A stretch of 64,000 nucleotides of DNA from Thermodesulfobacteriota bacterium (GTDB lineage: Bacteria; Desulfobacterota; Desulfomonilia; Desulfomonilales; Desulfomonilaceae): assembly GCA_049323095.1 (NCBI GenBank), contig JBMOME010000054.1:10996-74995 (forward strand). Direction: 5' to 3'. Under the pieces are notes generated by a model, which was given only the letters and a program-made list of their open reading frames with translations, searched no databases and had not been told where the DNA came from. This document shows positions 49,768 to 58,600 of the stretch, one piece after another. Each line of letters starts with the position of its first letter. The first letter of the stretch is position 1. The position numbers were made by a program, and so were the translations under genes.

Positions 49768-50745
49768 GTGTTTCCCATGCCACAAGATCCCATCATAAGG
49801 ACGGAAAAGCTCTGTCGCGATTTCGGACGTCACCGAGCTCTACGCGATTTGGAAATGACGGTGGAACGGGGTGAGATATTCGGTGTGGTGGGGCCCGATG
49901 GAGCAGGCAAAACTACCGCGATACGCATCCTCGCAGGCATCCTCGCGCCCACGTCCGGTAATGCATGGGTGGATGGCATTTCGGTAGTTGAGGATCCCGA
50001 GCAGATCAAAGAGCACATCGCGTATATGCCGCAAAGGTTCGGCTTGTACGAGGATCTGTCGGTAATTGAGAATCTCCTTTTCTATGCGGACTTGTTTCAG
50101 GTCCCCAGGAAGTTGAGACCCGAGCGGATTGAACGCCTGTTTGCCTTCAGTAGGTTGGGCCCGTTCAAGGACCGGCTCGCGGGTGCCTTGTCGGGCGGAA
50201 TGAAGCAAAAGCTGGGCCTCGCGTGCGCCCTGATTCATTCGCCCAGGCTCCTGCTCCTCGACGAACCGACCAACGGCGTTGATCCTGTATCGAGGCGAGA
50301 CTTCTGGAAGATCCTGTACGATCTTCTGCGCGAGGGGATCACCATATTGGTATCCACGGCCTATTTGGACGAAGCGGACAGGACGAACCGCGTCGGGTTA
50401 ATGCACAACGGCACGCTGATCCATTGCGACCAACCACATCTAATTCGGGCTCTGGTTAAAGGCCTGTTTTACGAGCTGGTGACCGAAGACCTGCCCAAGA
50501 CCAAGGAACTTCTCACGGATGTGCCGGGCATTCTGGATCTGAACCTCTTTGGTGAAGGCCTTCACGTCCGAGTCAGCAACGAGCAGGAGATAGCGGACGC
50601 GCGGCGCCTCCTGGAAGAAAAGGGCATGGCGATCTATTCTTTGAGGCGTATTACTCCGGCCATGGAAGATGCTTTTCTCTCAATCATGCAGAGTCAGGAA
50701 TCAAGACAGGACACGCAGGGAGTGTATAGTGATTGCCAAGAATGA
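49768..50745 (+). CDS. ABC transporter ATP-binding protein (first half of a YbhF-like pair)
   Basis: 325 aa. GPDGAGKTT, LSGGMKQKLGLACAL, LLLDEPTNGVD. The start is uncertain (GTG 49768 or ATG 49777). Confidence 0.85.
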   Translation: MFPMPQDPIIRTEKLCRDFGRHRALRDLEMTVERGEIFGVVGPDGAGKTTAIRILAGILAPTSGNAWVDGISVVEDPEQIKEHIAYMPQRFGLYEDLSVIENLLFYADLFQVPRKLRPERIERLFAFSRLGPFKDRLAGALSGGMKQKLGLACALIHSPRLLLLDEPTNGVDPVSRRDFWKILYDLLREGITILVSTAYLDEADRTNRVGLMHNGTLIHCDQPHLIRALVKGLFYELVTEDLPKTKELLTDVPGILDLNLFGEGLHVRVSNEQEIADARRLLEEKGMAIYSLRRITPAMEDAFLSIMQSQESRQDTQGVYSDCQE

Positions 50746-50771
50746 TGTCCGATTCACGGCGGCTGCACCCC

Positions 50772-50872
50772 GTCATTCCTGCGGAAGCAGGAATCCAGTT
50801 CTGACGGTTTGGTACAAAGTTTTCCACTATTCACTCGTTGAGTTCCTGGATTCCCGCGTACGCGGGAATGAC
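50772..50872. repeat. paired REP units (GTCATTCCTGCGGAAGCAGGAATCC ... GGATTCCCGCGTACGCGGGAATGAC) between the two ATPase genes
   Basis: Units at 50772-50796 and 50848-50872. Same family as 12648-12707. Confidence 0.8.
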
Positions 50873-50955
50873 GAATAATGGCTCACTAGCTACGTCCTCT
50901 GGAGATTTCCAATGCATGGCCAAACGGACAGAATCTCGGACAACCGGTGTAATTC

Positions 50956-51936
50956 GTGAATCCATTGAACAATGATATCGCTGTCTTCGCCAAGGATCTG
51001 ACCAAAACCTTCGGGAGTTTCGTTGCTGTGGACCGGGTGAGCTTCGAGGTTGAGCGCGGGGAGATCTTCGGGTTTCTCGGTCCGAACGGCGCAGGCAAGA
51101 CTACGACCATAAAGATCCTGTGTGGGCTTCTGACACCGACTTCAGGCGAAGCATCGGTTGCCGGCCGGGATGTTTCCACCGAGTACGAAGAAGTGAGAAA
51201 GCAGATTGGGTATATGTCTCAGAAGTTCTCAATTTACGAAGACTTAACCGTGGCGGAAAACCTTGAATTTTTCGGCGGGGTGTACGGGCTGAGCGGAAAG
51301 GACCATGAGCAGCGGGCACAATGGGTCCTTGAAATGACCGGGCTCACGGACGAGCAAAAGACCCTCACCAGCGAGCTGCCTCTCGGGTGGAAACAGCGAC
51401 TGGCGTTGGGGTGTGCAGTGCTGCACACTCCACCGATCGTCTTCCTGGATGAGCCTACCTCGGGCGTCGATCCGATATCACGCCGCAACTTCTGGGGCCT
51501 TATTCACGAAATGGCCGCGCAGGGTGTAACCAGTTTCGTGACCACGCACTACATGGACGAAGCAGGGTACTGTAACCGACTCGCGCTCATGTCTCAGGGA
51601 AGAATCATAGCCATGGACAATCCACGCGAGCTCAAGACCCGGTGGATGACCGATTCGGTAATCGAAATGGAGTGCTCTGACGTTCTCACCGCGTTGGATG
51701 TGCTGAAGGACGACCGCTTCTTTTCTGAAGTCGCGGTATTCGGCAACCAGTTGCACATTGTTGCGGATGATCCTGAGCCGGCCAAGGAGCGAGCACGACA
51801 ACTCCTCAAGGCAAAGGGCGTCACCATAGTTCGGGCAGAGGTAGTGTCTCCGTCGCTGGAAGACGTGTTCGTCACGCTCACATCGCAAGACCGCAATAGT
51901 CATTCAGCTCCCGCGGCGTCCGAGAGTCATGATTAA
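50956..51936 (+). CDS. ABC transporter ATP-binding protein (second half of a YbhF-like pair)
   Basis: 326 aa with a GTG start. GPNGAGKTT, LPLGWKQRLALGCAV, VFLDEPTSGVD. Confidence 0.85.
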   Translation: MNPLNNDIAVFAKDLTKTFGSFVAVDRVSFEVERGEIFGFLGPNGAGKTTTIKILCGLLTPTSGEASVAGRDVSTEYEEVRKQIGYMSQKFSIYEDLTVAENLEFFGGVYGLSGKDHEQRAQWVLEMTGLTDEQKTLTSELPLGWKQRLALGCAVLHTPPIVFLDEPTSGVDPISRRNFWGLIHEMAAQGVTSFVTTHYMDEAGYCNRLALMSQGRIIAMDNPRELKTRWMTDSVIEMECSDVLTALDVLKDDRFFSEVAVFGNQLHIVADDPEPAKERARQLLKAKGVTIVRAEVVSPSLEDVFVTLTSQDRNSHSAPAASESHD

Positions 51937-53065
51937 TATCCATCGCACACTGGCTGTCGCACGAAAAGAAACCTGGCATGTGGTGCGAGACACCCATTCG
52001 CTGTACCTCGCGCTGGGAATCCCTGTGATGCTTCTGTTCCTATTCGGCTATGCCCTTTCACTGGATGTGGACAATATCCCGCTTGCAGTCTGGGATCAGG
52101 AACGTTCACCGCAATCGCGGGAGCTTATAGACCGCCTGACAAGCTCAGGCTATTTCCAGCTCGTTCTTTATGCTGATTCTTTTCAGGAGATGGTGCGTGC
52201 CGTCGATGAACGGGTTGTGACCGTTGGTATCACCATTCCTCATGATTTCAGCCGCAATGTGCTCAGGTCCGGCGGCGCGGACGTTCAGGCCTTCCTCGAT
52301 GCGTCCGATTCGACCCGCGCAGGTATCGCGATCACGTATTTCGAAAGCATCTTGGCCATCTTTCTGGACGACCACTTCAAGAAGGAACTGACTCGCCAGG
52401 CTGTCACAAAAGTGCAAATCCCCTTGGAGTCCCGCGTGAGGCTCCTGTACAATCCCGAGCTCCAGAGCCGCATCAACATCATACCCGGGCTCATCGCGAT
52501 CATTCTGATGGTAATAGCCGCGCTGATTACCTCCCAGACCATCGTGCGGGAACGAGAATCCGGCACCATGGAACAACTGATTTCCACCCCGGTGAAGGCT
52601 TCGGAACTGGTGATCGGTAAGCTCGTGCCGTACTTCGTGCTCGGGTATGTGGATCTGTTGATAATTTATCTCATGAGCCAGTTCGTGTTCGCGGTGCCCT
52701 TTCGGGGGAGCGTACTGCTGATGTTTCTCCTCTCCGCGCTCTTCCTGGTGGGATCCCTTTCGCTGGGGCTGCTCATATCCGCGTTTGCCGACAGTCAGCT
52801 CTTCGCGACGCAGTTTGCGCTTCTGGGGACTTTTCTGCCCTCGTTTATCCTATCCGGCTTTGTCTTTCCCATAGCCAACATGCCGTGGGTGATTCAGGCT
52901 TTCTCGTACATCGTTCCTGCCAGGTACTACATCACCATTCTCCGGGGCATTTACCTCAAGGGCGTAGGAGTGGAGGTCCTTATCTTTCCGGTGATATTGC
53001 TGGCCCTTTTCGGGCTGATCACCGCGTTCCTGGCATCCACGAGGTTGGGAAAACAGTTGCAATGA
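51929..53065 (+). CDS. ABC-2 type transporter permease (YbhS/YbhR-like)
   Basis: 378 aa. N-terminal TM, a large extracytoplasmic loop, then five C-terminal TMs. The start overlaps the ATPase gene. Confidence 0.85.
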   Translation: MINIHRTLAVARKETWHVVRDTHSLYLALGIPVMLLFLFGYALSLDVDNIPLAVWDQERSPQSRELIDRLTSSGYFQLVLYADSFQEMVRAVDERVVTVGITIPHDFSRNVLRSGGADVQAFLDASDSTRAGIAITYFESILAIFLDDHFKKELTRQAVTKVQIPLESRVRLLYNPELQSRINIIPGLIAIILMVIAALITSQTIVRERESGTMEQLISTPVKASELVIGKLVPYFVLGYVDLLIIYLMSQFVFAVPFRGSVLLMFLLSALFLVGSLSLGLLISAFADSQLFATQFALLGTFLPSFILSGFVFPIANMPWVIQAFSYIVPARYYITILRGIYLKGVGVEVLIFPVILLALFGLITAFLASTRLGKQLQ

Positions 53066-54321
53066 GCGATTCGCACGGGACCGACCGAACAATCGTGGAT
53101 CCCGCGTTCTTCAAGAAGGCGCTGGACAACGGCCGGCCGCGTGCCGATTCACGCAGTCCTTTCAAGCAAGGATTGTCGAGAATCCGGCACGTCATACGCA
53201 AGGAATTCATTCAGATAGTCCGCAATAAGCAGAATTTCCGAATCCTCCTGATCGCTCCGATCTTCCAGTTAATCCTGTTTGGGTACGCGGTCCGGCTGGA
53301 TGTGAAGGAAGTAGCCACTGTAGTGGTCGATATGGACCGGAGCGTTGTTAGTCGCAACCTGGTGGAGTCGTTCACGCGGTCGGGATATTTTGTCATCAAG
53401 GAATATCTCACATCTTACGATCAGGCCGATTATTACCTGGAAAGAGGTGAAGCCACGGTAGCGCTTCTCATTCCGCCCGATCTGGAGCGTCGCGTCAAAG
53501 CAGACCAGACCACCCAAATCGGTGTACTCGTGGATGGGGTGGACACTACCACCGCAGGAACGGTCTCAGGATGGGCCCAGGCGATCATCCAAGGATACGC
53601 TTTTGAACTGATGCAAAAGGACATCCAGTGGGCTCGAGGCCTCCGATTCAGCCTGAATTCTCCGACGCTTCTCATTCCATCCATTAACGCCAAGCCACGG
53701 GCATGGTTCAATCCCAATCTGGATTCTAAGGATTATTTCGTCCCAGGCACTCTCGTCCTGATCCTCATGTTCCTCGCGGTCACATCAACAGCAATGGTGA
53801 TCGTGCGGGAAAAGGAGAAGGGAACCATAGAGCAGATTATGGTGACGCCAATCAGCAAGTTAGAGCTGATCCTGGGCAAGACCATCCCGTGCTTCATCAT
53901 CGCCGTGGCCAACCTCGTGTTTATGACCATCCTTGCGTTCCTTGTCTTTCAGCCCATCTTCAAAGGTTCTCTCTTCATCTTCATGATGGGAGGGATCGCC
54001 TTCACCATTACGTGCCTCGGCATGGGCATGACCCTATCGGTCTTCTGCCGAACGCAGCAGCAGGCTGTGCTCTCTACGTTCTTCGTCATGCAGCCGGCTT
54101 CGATCCTGTCTGGCTTTGTTTTCCCCATCGACAACATGCCCACAGTGATTCAGTACGTGACGTACTTGAATCCGCTGCGATACTACATAGTCGTCGTGCG
54201 GGAAGTATTCCTCAAGGGAGTAGGCTGGGACCTGCTCTGGCCGCAATTCGTGCCCTTGGTCGCCATGAGCGTGGGGTACATCCTCCTCTCCTCATTCCTG
54301 TTCAAAAAGAAGATCGACTGA
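53062..54321 (+). CDS. ABC-2 type transporter permease (YbhR/YbhS-like)
   Basis: The ORF-track start 52885 lies inside the previous gene. ATG 53062 overlaps its stop (ATGA). It has the same topology as its neighbour. Confidence 0.85.
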   Translation: MSDSHGTDRTIVDPAFFKKALDNGRPRADSRSPFKQGLSRIRHVIRKEFIQIVRNKQNFRILLIAPIFQLILFGYAVRLDVKEVATVVVDMDRSVVSRNLVESFTRSGYFVIKEYLTSYDQADYYLERGEATVALLIPPDLERRVKADQTTQIGVLVDGVDTTTAGTVSGWAQAIIQGYAFELMQKDIQWARGLRFSLNSPTLLIPSINAKPRAWFNPNLDSKDYFVPGTLVLILMFLAVTSTAMVIVREKEKGTIEQIMVTPISKLELILGKTIPCFIIAVANLVFMTILAFLVFQPIFKGSLFIFMMGGIAFTITCLGMGMTLSVFCRTQQQAVLSTFFVMQPASILSGFVFPIDNMPTVIQYVTYLNPLRYYIVVVREVFLKGVGWDLLWPQFVPLVAMSVGYILLSSFLFKKKID

Positions 54322-54405
54322 TTTAGGCGTGAACCGTGCGGAGCCTGGGGAGCTGTGGCGCCAATGCGGTGCCACGTTTTGTGCTCGTGCTTCTTTTGTC
54401 AATTG

Positions 54406-54488
54406 GTAGCGGCCGGCGTCCCTGCCGGCCGATCCACGACCACGACGCCGACCCTTGATTTCGGACCGGCAGGGACGCCGGTCCCTAC
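54406..54488. repeat. inverted pair of REP units forming a long hairpin after the ABC operon
   Basis: GTAGCGGCCGGCGTCCCTGCCGG (54406-54428) and CCGGCAGGGACGCCGGTCCCTAC (54466-54488) with a 37-nt spacer. It may be a terminator or insulator between the exporter operon and tetR. Confidence 0.65.
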
Positions 54489-54556
54489 CGCAGGATGTGG
54501 TCTCCGATGTGACACCGTATTTGGCTGCGGGGCAGCTCGTTGAGGGAGATTTTTCC

Positions 54557-54586
54557 TTGACATGGGCCGTACCGGTTCGTTATAAA
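54557..54586 (+). promoter_or_regulatory. near-consensus sigma-70 promoter upstream of tetR and the megasynthase
   Basis: TTGACA (54557-54562), 18 nt, TATAAA (54581-54586). Confidence 0.6.
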
Positions 54587-54601
54587 CCAATTATGACGAA
54601 C

Positions 54602-54633
54602 TGGTCAGTCATTACGATAACCCTGACTGACCA
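54602..54633 (+). promoter_or_regulatory. candidate TetR operator: perfect 10-bp inverted repeat in the leader
   Basis: TGGTCAGTCA (54602-54611), 12 nt, TGACTGACCA (54624-54633). Each arm is followed by TTACG. It lies between the predicted -10 and the GGAGG RBS. Confidence 0.5.
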
Positions 54634-54654
54634 TTACGTTTTTTGGAGGCAACC

Positions 54655-55614
54655 GTGAGACTCACCACCAAAAAAGAAATCCACGACGTGGTTTCTCGAA
54701 CCAAAGCGCACAAAGACACCTTCGCAATCAAAGAACTTGTTTCCATCCTCCGTACCGAAGTGGAAACGGCTGCGCAGCGTGATGAAACTCCCGAAGAAGT
54801 GGTTCTTCAATTCATGGAAGCCTCGACCGCCGCGCTGATCGATTCACCCATCTACTCAGATGCGCTGGTCCGCACGCTGTACGTCAATGTTCTGGAAGTG
54901 GCTGCAGCCGCTGGCATTCAACGAGAAGGCCTGCTGGAGGATCTGCTCTTCCAGAGCCTCCGACGACCGGTCGAGATCGAAGGAGCCAAACGCAAAAGAC
55001 ACAAAGATGTCCGGGATCGGATCGTGGCCGCGGCGCTCGACGAGTTTTCAGACCGCGGATTTCATCACGCGACCATCGACTCGATCGCCGAGCGCGCGGG
55101 AATCGCCAAAGGCACGGTGTACCGTTATTTCAAGACAAAGGAAGAGCTATTCAATGCGCTCAAAGAGGTCACCGTACGCGAATTTGTGGCTTTCGTGAAA
55201 CAGGAGATCGAGAAGCAGGAGGACATTCTCAAAGTGATCGAGACGGTGATCAAGAACTATCTCGGGTTCTTTGAGACCAACTCGGCGTTCTTCAAGGTGC
55301 TCTTGCAGGAGCAGAAGGACTTCGGGCGGGAGTTCTCCGAGACCTTTATCAACGAACTTATTCTGGCGCTGCCGGGGCTCAAGAGGCGGTGTTGGAGGGC
55401 CTCCCGCAACGGTTATCTCAAGCAAATGAATTATTTCACGGTTTTTTACGGGATCATCGGGTTCCTGAATGGGGTGATCCACAAATGGCTCCACCACGGC
55501 GGCGAAGCGTCTCTCACGGCTGAAATTGACACGATCAAGGAGGTGCTTTTCTACGGGTTTGCCGTGTCGCCGGAAAAGGTGGGCCAAGCACCAAATCTCA
55601 AGGTGATTTCATGA
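54655..55614 (+). CDS. TetR-family transcriptional regulator with an N-terminal extension of about 120 aa
   Basis: The ORF-track start is TTG 54643. GTG 54655 sits 5 nt after GGAGG. The HTH RDRIVAAALDEFSDRGFHHATIDSIAERAGIAKGTVYRYFKTKEELF begins only around residue 120. The stop (55612-55614) overlaps the ATG of the next gene. Confidence 0.85.
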   Translation: MRLTTKKEIHDVVSRTKAHKDTFAIKELVSILRTEVETAAQRDETPEEVVLQFMEASTAALIDSPIYSDALVRTLYVNVLEVAAAAGIQREGLLEDLLFQSLRRPVEIEGAKRKRHKDVRDRIVAAALDEFSDRGFHHATIDSIAERAGIAKGTVYRYFKTKEELFNALKEVTVREFVAFVKQEIEKQEDILKVIETVIKNYLGFFETNSAFFKVLLQEQKDFGREFSETFINELILALPGLKRRCWRASRNGYLKQMNYFTVFYGIIGFLNGVIHKWLHHGGEASLTAEIDTIKEVLFYGFAVSPEKVGQAPNLKVIS

Positions 55615-58600
55615 CAATCAGGCTGCCGTTTGAATTGCGTATACCGCTGTTGTACGTCAATCCGCCCGCTAATGCCGACCCACGGCTCATCGAGGTCGTC
55701 TCAAAGGCCGGGGGCTTGGGCTTTGTCGATCACGCGACCGCGGGACCAGCCGCGTTCTCGGTTCAAGAAGGGACGCCACACGGCGTGCGGATCAGACTGG
55801 ACGCCCTGAAGAACTCCCTGTTTGGCCCTAATGTGAAAGCTTGTCTCATTCCTCTGGAGGATGCGGATGACGTGGCCCGGCTGGACCCGGGTGAACTGAA
55901 GGCGTTCCCGGTTCCTGTGCTCGTCGAGGTCGGTTCCGCGGCTCAGGCCGCTGGAGCGGAAAAGGCCGGCGCAGCCGCTCTCGTTGCCCGCGGGAACGAA
56001 GGACCCGGTTGGGTGAGCGAGCGGAGCGGCCTTGTGCTGCTCCAGGAAATATTAGGCGTGTGCCCGCTGCCGGTCTTTCTCCAGGGTGGAATCGGACTGC
56101 ATACCGCGGCAGGAGCCGTTGGGGCAGGAGCGACCGGTGTGGTGCTGGATGTGCATCTCCTTCTTACTGAGGAATCAGTCATTAACGCCTCGCTCAAGAG
56201 TTTCTTCTCAGCGCTTGGCATCCCAGCGACCGTTACCCTTGGTGAGGCTTGGGGAAAACCGTGTCGCGTGTACTCCAGAGTCGGCACTCGGATGGTACGG
56301 GAGCTGCGCAAGGTTGAAGATTCGCTTGGGCAAGACGAGTTCCACAGTCTCAAGGAGTGCATCAATGCGGCTCTGGGAAAGAACACAGCTTCGCTGGACA
56401 CTGACGATGCTCTCCTTGCCCTGTCAGAAGACATCGTGACCGCAAAGACGCTGGCAGGCGAGTTTGCCAGAGCGCGAGCCATCCTGGAGGAATTTGCTCG
56501 ACGCATGGAATCGCGCTGCGGCACATGGCCGTTTGCCGAAGAATCGGGCCTGTGCAAAGCGCATGGCACCCTTTTGCCCATTGTTCAAGGTCCTATGGCT
56601 CATGTGAGCGACAATCCTGATTTCCTTGCGGCAGTTGCTCAGGGTGGAGCGCTCCCATTCCTAGCCATGGGAAACATGCCTGCTCCCATCGCACGCGAAG
56701 GAATCGAACTGGCGCGCAGCAAAACAAACGGCAAGTTCGGCGTGGGCTTGATCGGCCTGGAGGTGAACCGTCATTGCTACGAAGCTCACCTGGAGATCAT
56801 GAAAGAGAACCCGCCGCCCTTTGCCATCCTCGCGGCGGGCAGTGTGGAGTTGGCCCAACGCATCGAAGAGATGGGCACAGTCTGCTACCTCCATTGTCCT
56901 GCGCCTACGCTGGTCTCTGAAGGGGTCAAAGCCGGACTCAGACATTTTGTCTTCGAAGGATGCGAATCAGGCGGCCACATTGGAGCCTTGGGCAGCCTTG
57001 ACCTTTGGGAAGCTAATCTGCGGGAATTGGAACAAGCAGCCCGAGACGGGATCTCCTTGGCAGAAGTGAGCGTGCTGTTTGCCGGAGGCATTGCCACAGC
57101 CAGGGCGTCTGCTTTTGTGGCCGGCATGGTCGCGGACCTGGCCGCACGAGGACTCCGGGTAGGCCTCCAGATGGGCACCGCGTACTTGGCTACGTCGGAA
57201 GCAGTCTCCACGTGTGCCATTACCCAGACGTATCATGGGCTCACGCTTGAGAGCGACCGCACCGTTGTTATCGGACGGACGGTTAATACCCGCGCGCGGG
57301 CTGCGGCTTCTCCTATGGCATCCCAATTGATCTACCGCGAACAGGAACGTGTCCGTAGCGGCGTGCCCTTGCGTGAACGCAAGGAGCTGTATGAGAAGGA
57401 CAATCTGGGCTCACTGAGGCTTGCTGCTAAAGGATGCGCCATAGATCCATCCACCGCGACCTGGGATTGCCCGGTCTTTTGCGACTTGCCGCCCAAAGAG
57501 CAGTACGATAGCGGCTTGTACCTTATGGGTCAGGTGGTCTCGCTGCTCAATTCGCCGACCACGATTGAACAGCTGCATCGAGAAATCATCGTTCAAGGCC
57601 GCGAGGTCTTCAAACAGGGATCTGTGCACCCTGAACCGCAGCTCCAAGAGATCCCCGAACTGCCTGAGACTCAAATAACGGTCGAAGTGGAGCATCCGCA
57701 CGAGCCCATCGCAATTGTCGGCATCGGGCTAAGATTTCCCGGTTCGGATTCGCCGGAAGGCTTTTGGGATCAGATCAGGAGCGGGAGAAGCGGCATCATC
57801 GACGTTCCGCCGGGACGCTGGGATGATCCTGATTTCTACTATGATCCCGATCCTTCGGTCCCTGATAGGACTTATTCCCGCATTGGCGGGTTTATCGAAG
57901 GTTTCGTGTTCGACCCGCTCAAGTACCGGATACCGCCTGCAGTGGCCCAGAAGATGGACCGCACGCAGCAGATGGCTGTCGCCTGCGTAGGGGATGCGCT
58001 CGCGGACGCGAAGCTCTCGCCTGACGATCTGAAGGGCAAACGCGTAGGCATCATCCTGGGAAACAGCATGGGGGGCGAGACCACGGATTTGTATGCAACC
58101 CGTGTGGGACTTCCGCGGACCCTGGCCTGCCTTGAGCGGTCATTCGAAGGTCTCAATGTGCCGGCTGAGGCTCGTGAAGAGCTTCTGGAACGCTTCAAAG
58201 CTGCATACCTGGCGAACCTGCCTGTAATTACCGAGGACTCGCTGCCGGGCGAGCTTGCCAACGTTATTTCGGGCCGGGTCGCGAACGTTTTCAATTTGGA
58301 AGGACCCAACTTCACCGTGGACGCGGCCTGTGCCTCCTCGATGGCTGCGATCATGAACGCTGTAGCGGGTCTGCGAGACGGCACCATCGATTATGCAGTC
58401 ACCGGCGGTGTGGATGCGGCTATGCATCCCAGCTCGTTCGTGAAGTTTTGCAAGATCGGCGCACTATCCCCTGACGGGAGCAGGCCCTTTGATGCAGGCG
58501 CAAACGGATTCGTCATGGGAGAAGGTTGCGGGATCTTGGTCCTGAAGCGGCTCTCCGACGCAATACGAGACAATGACCGCATCTATTCAACCATTCTGGA

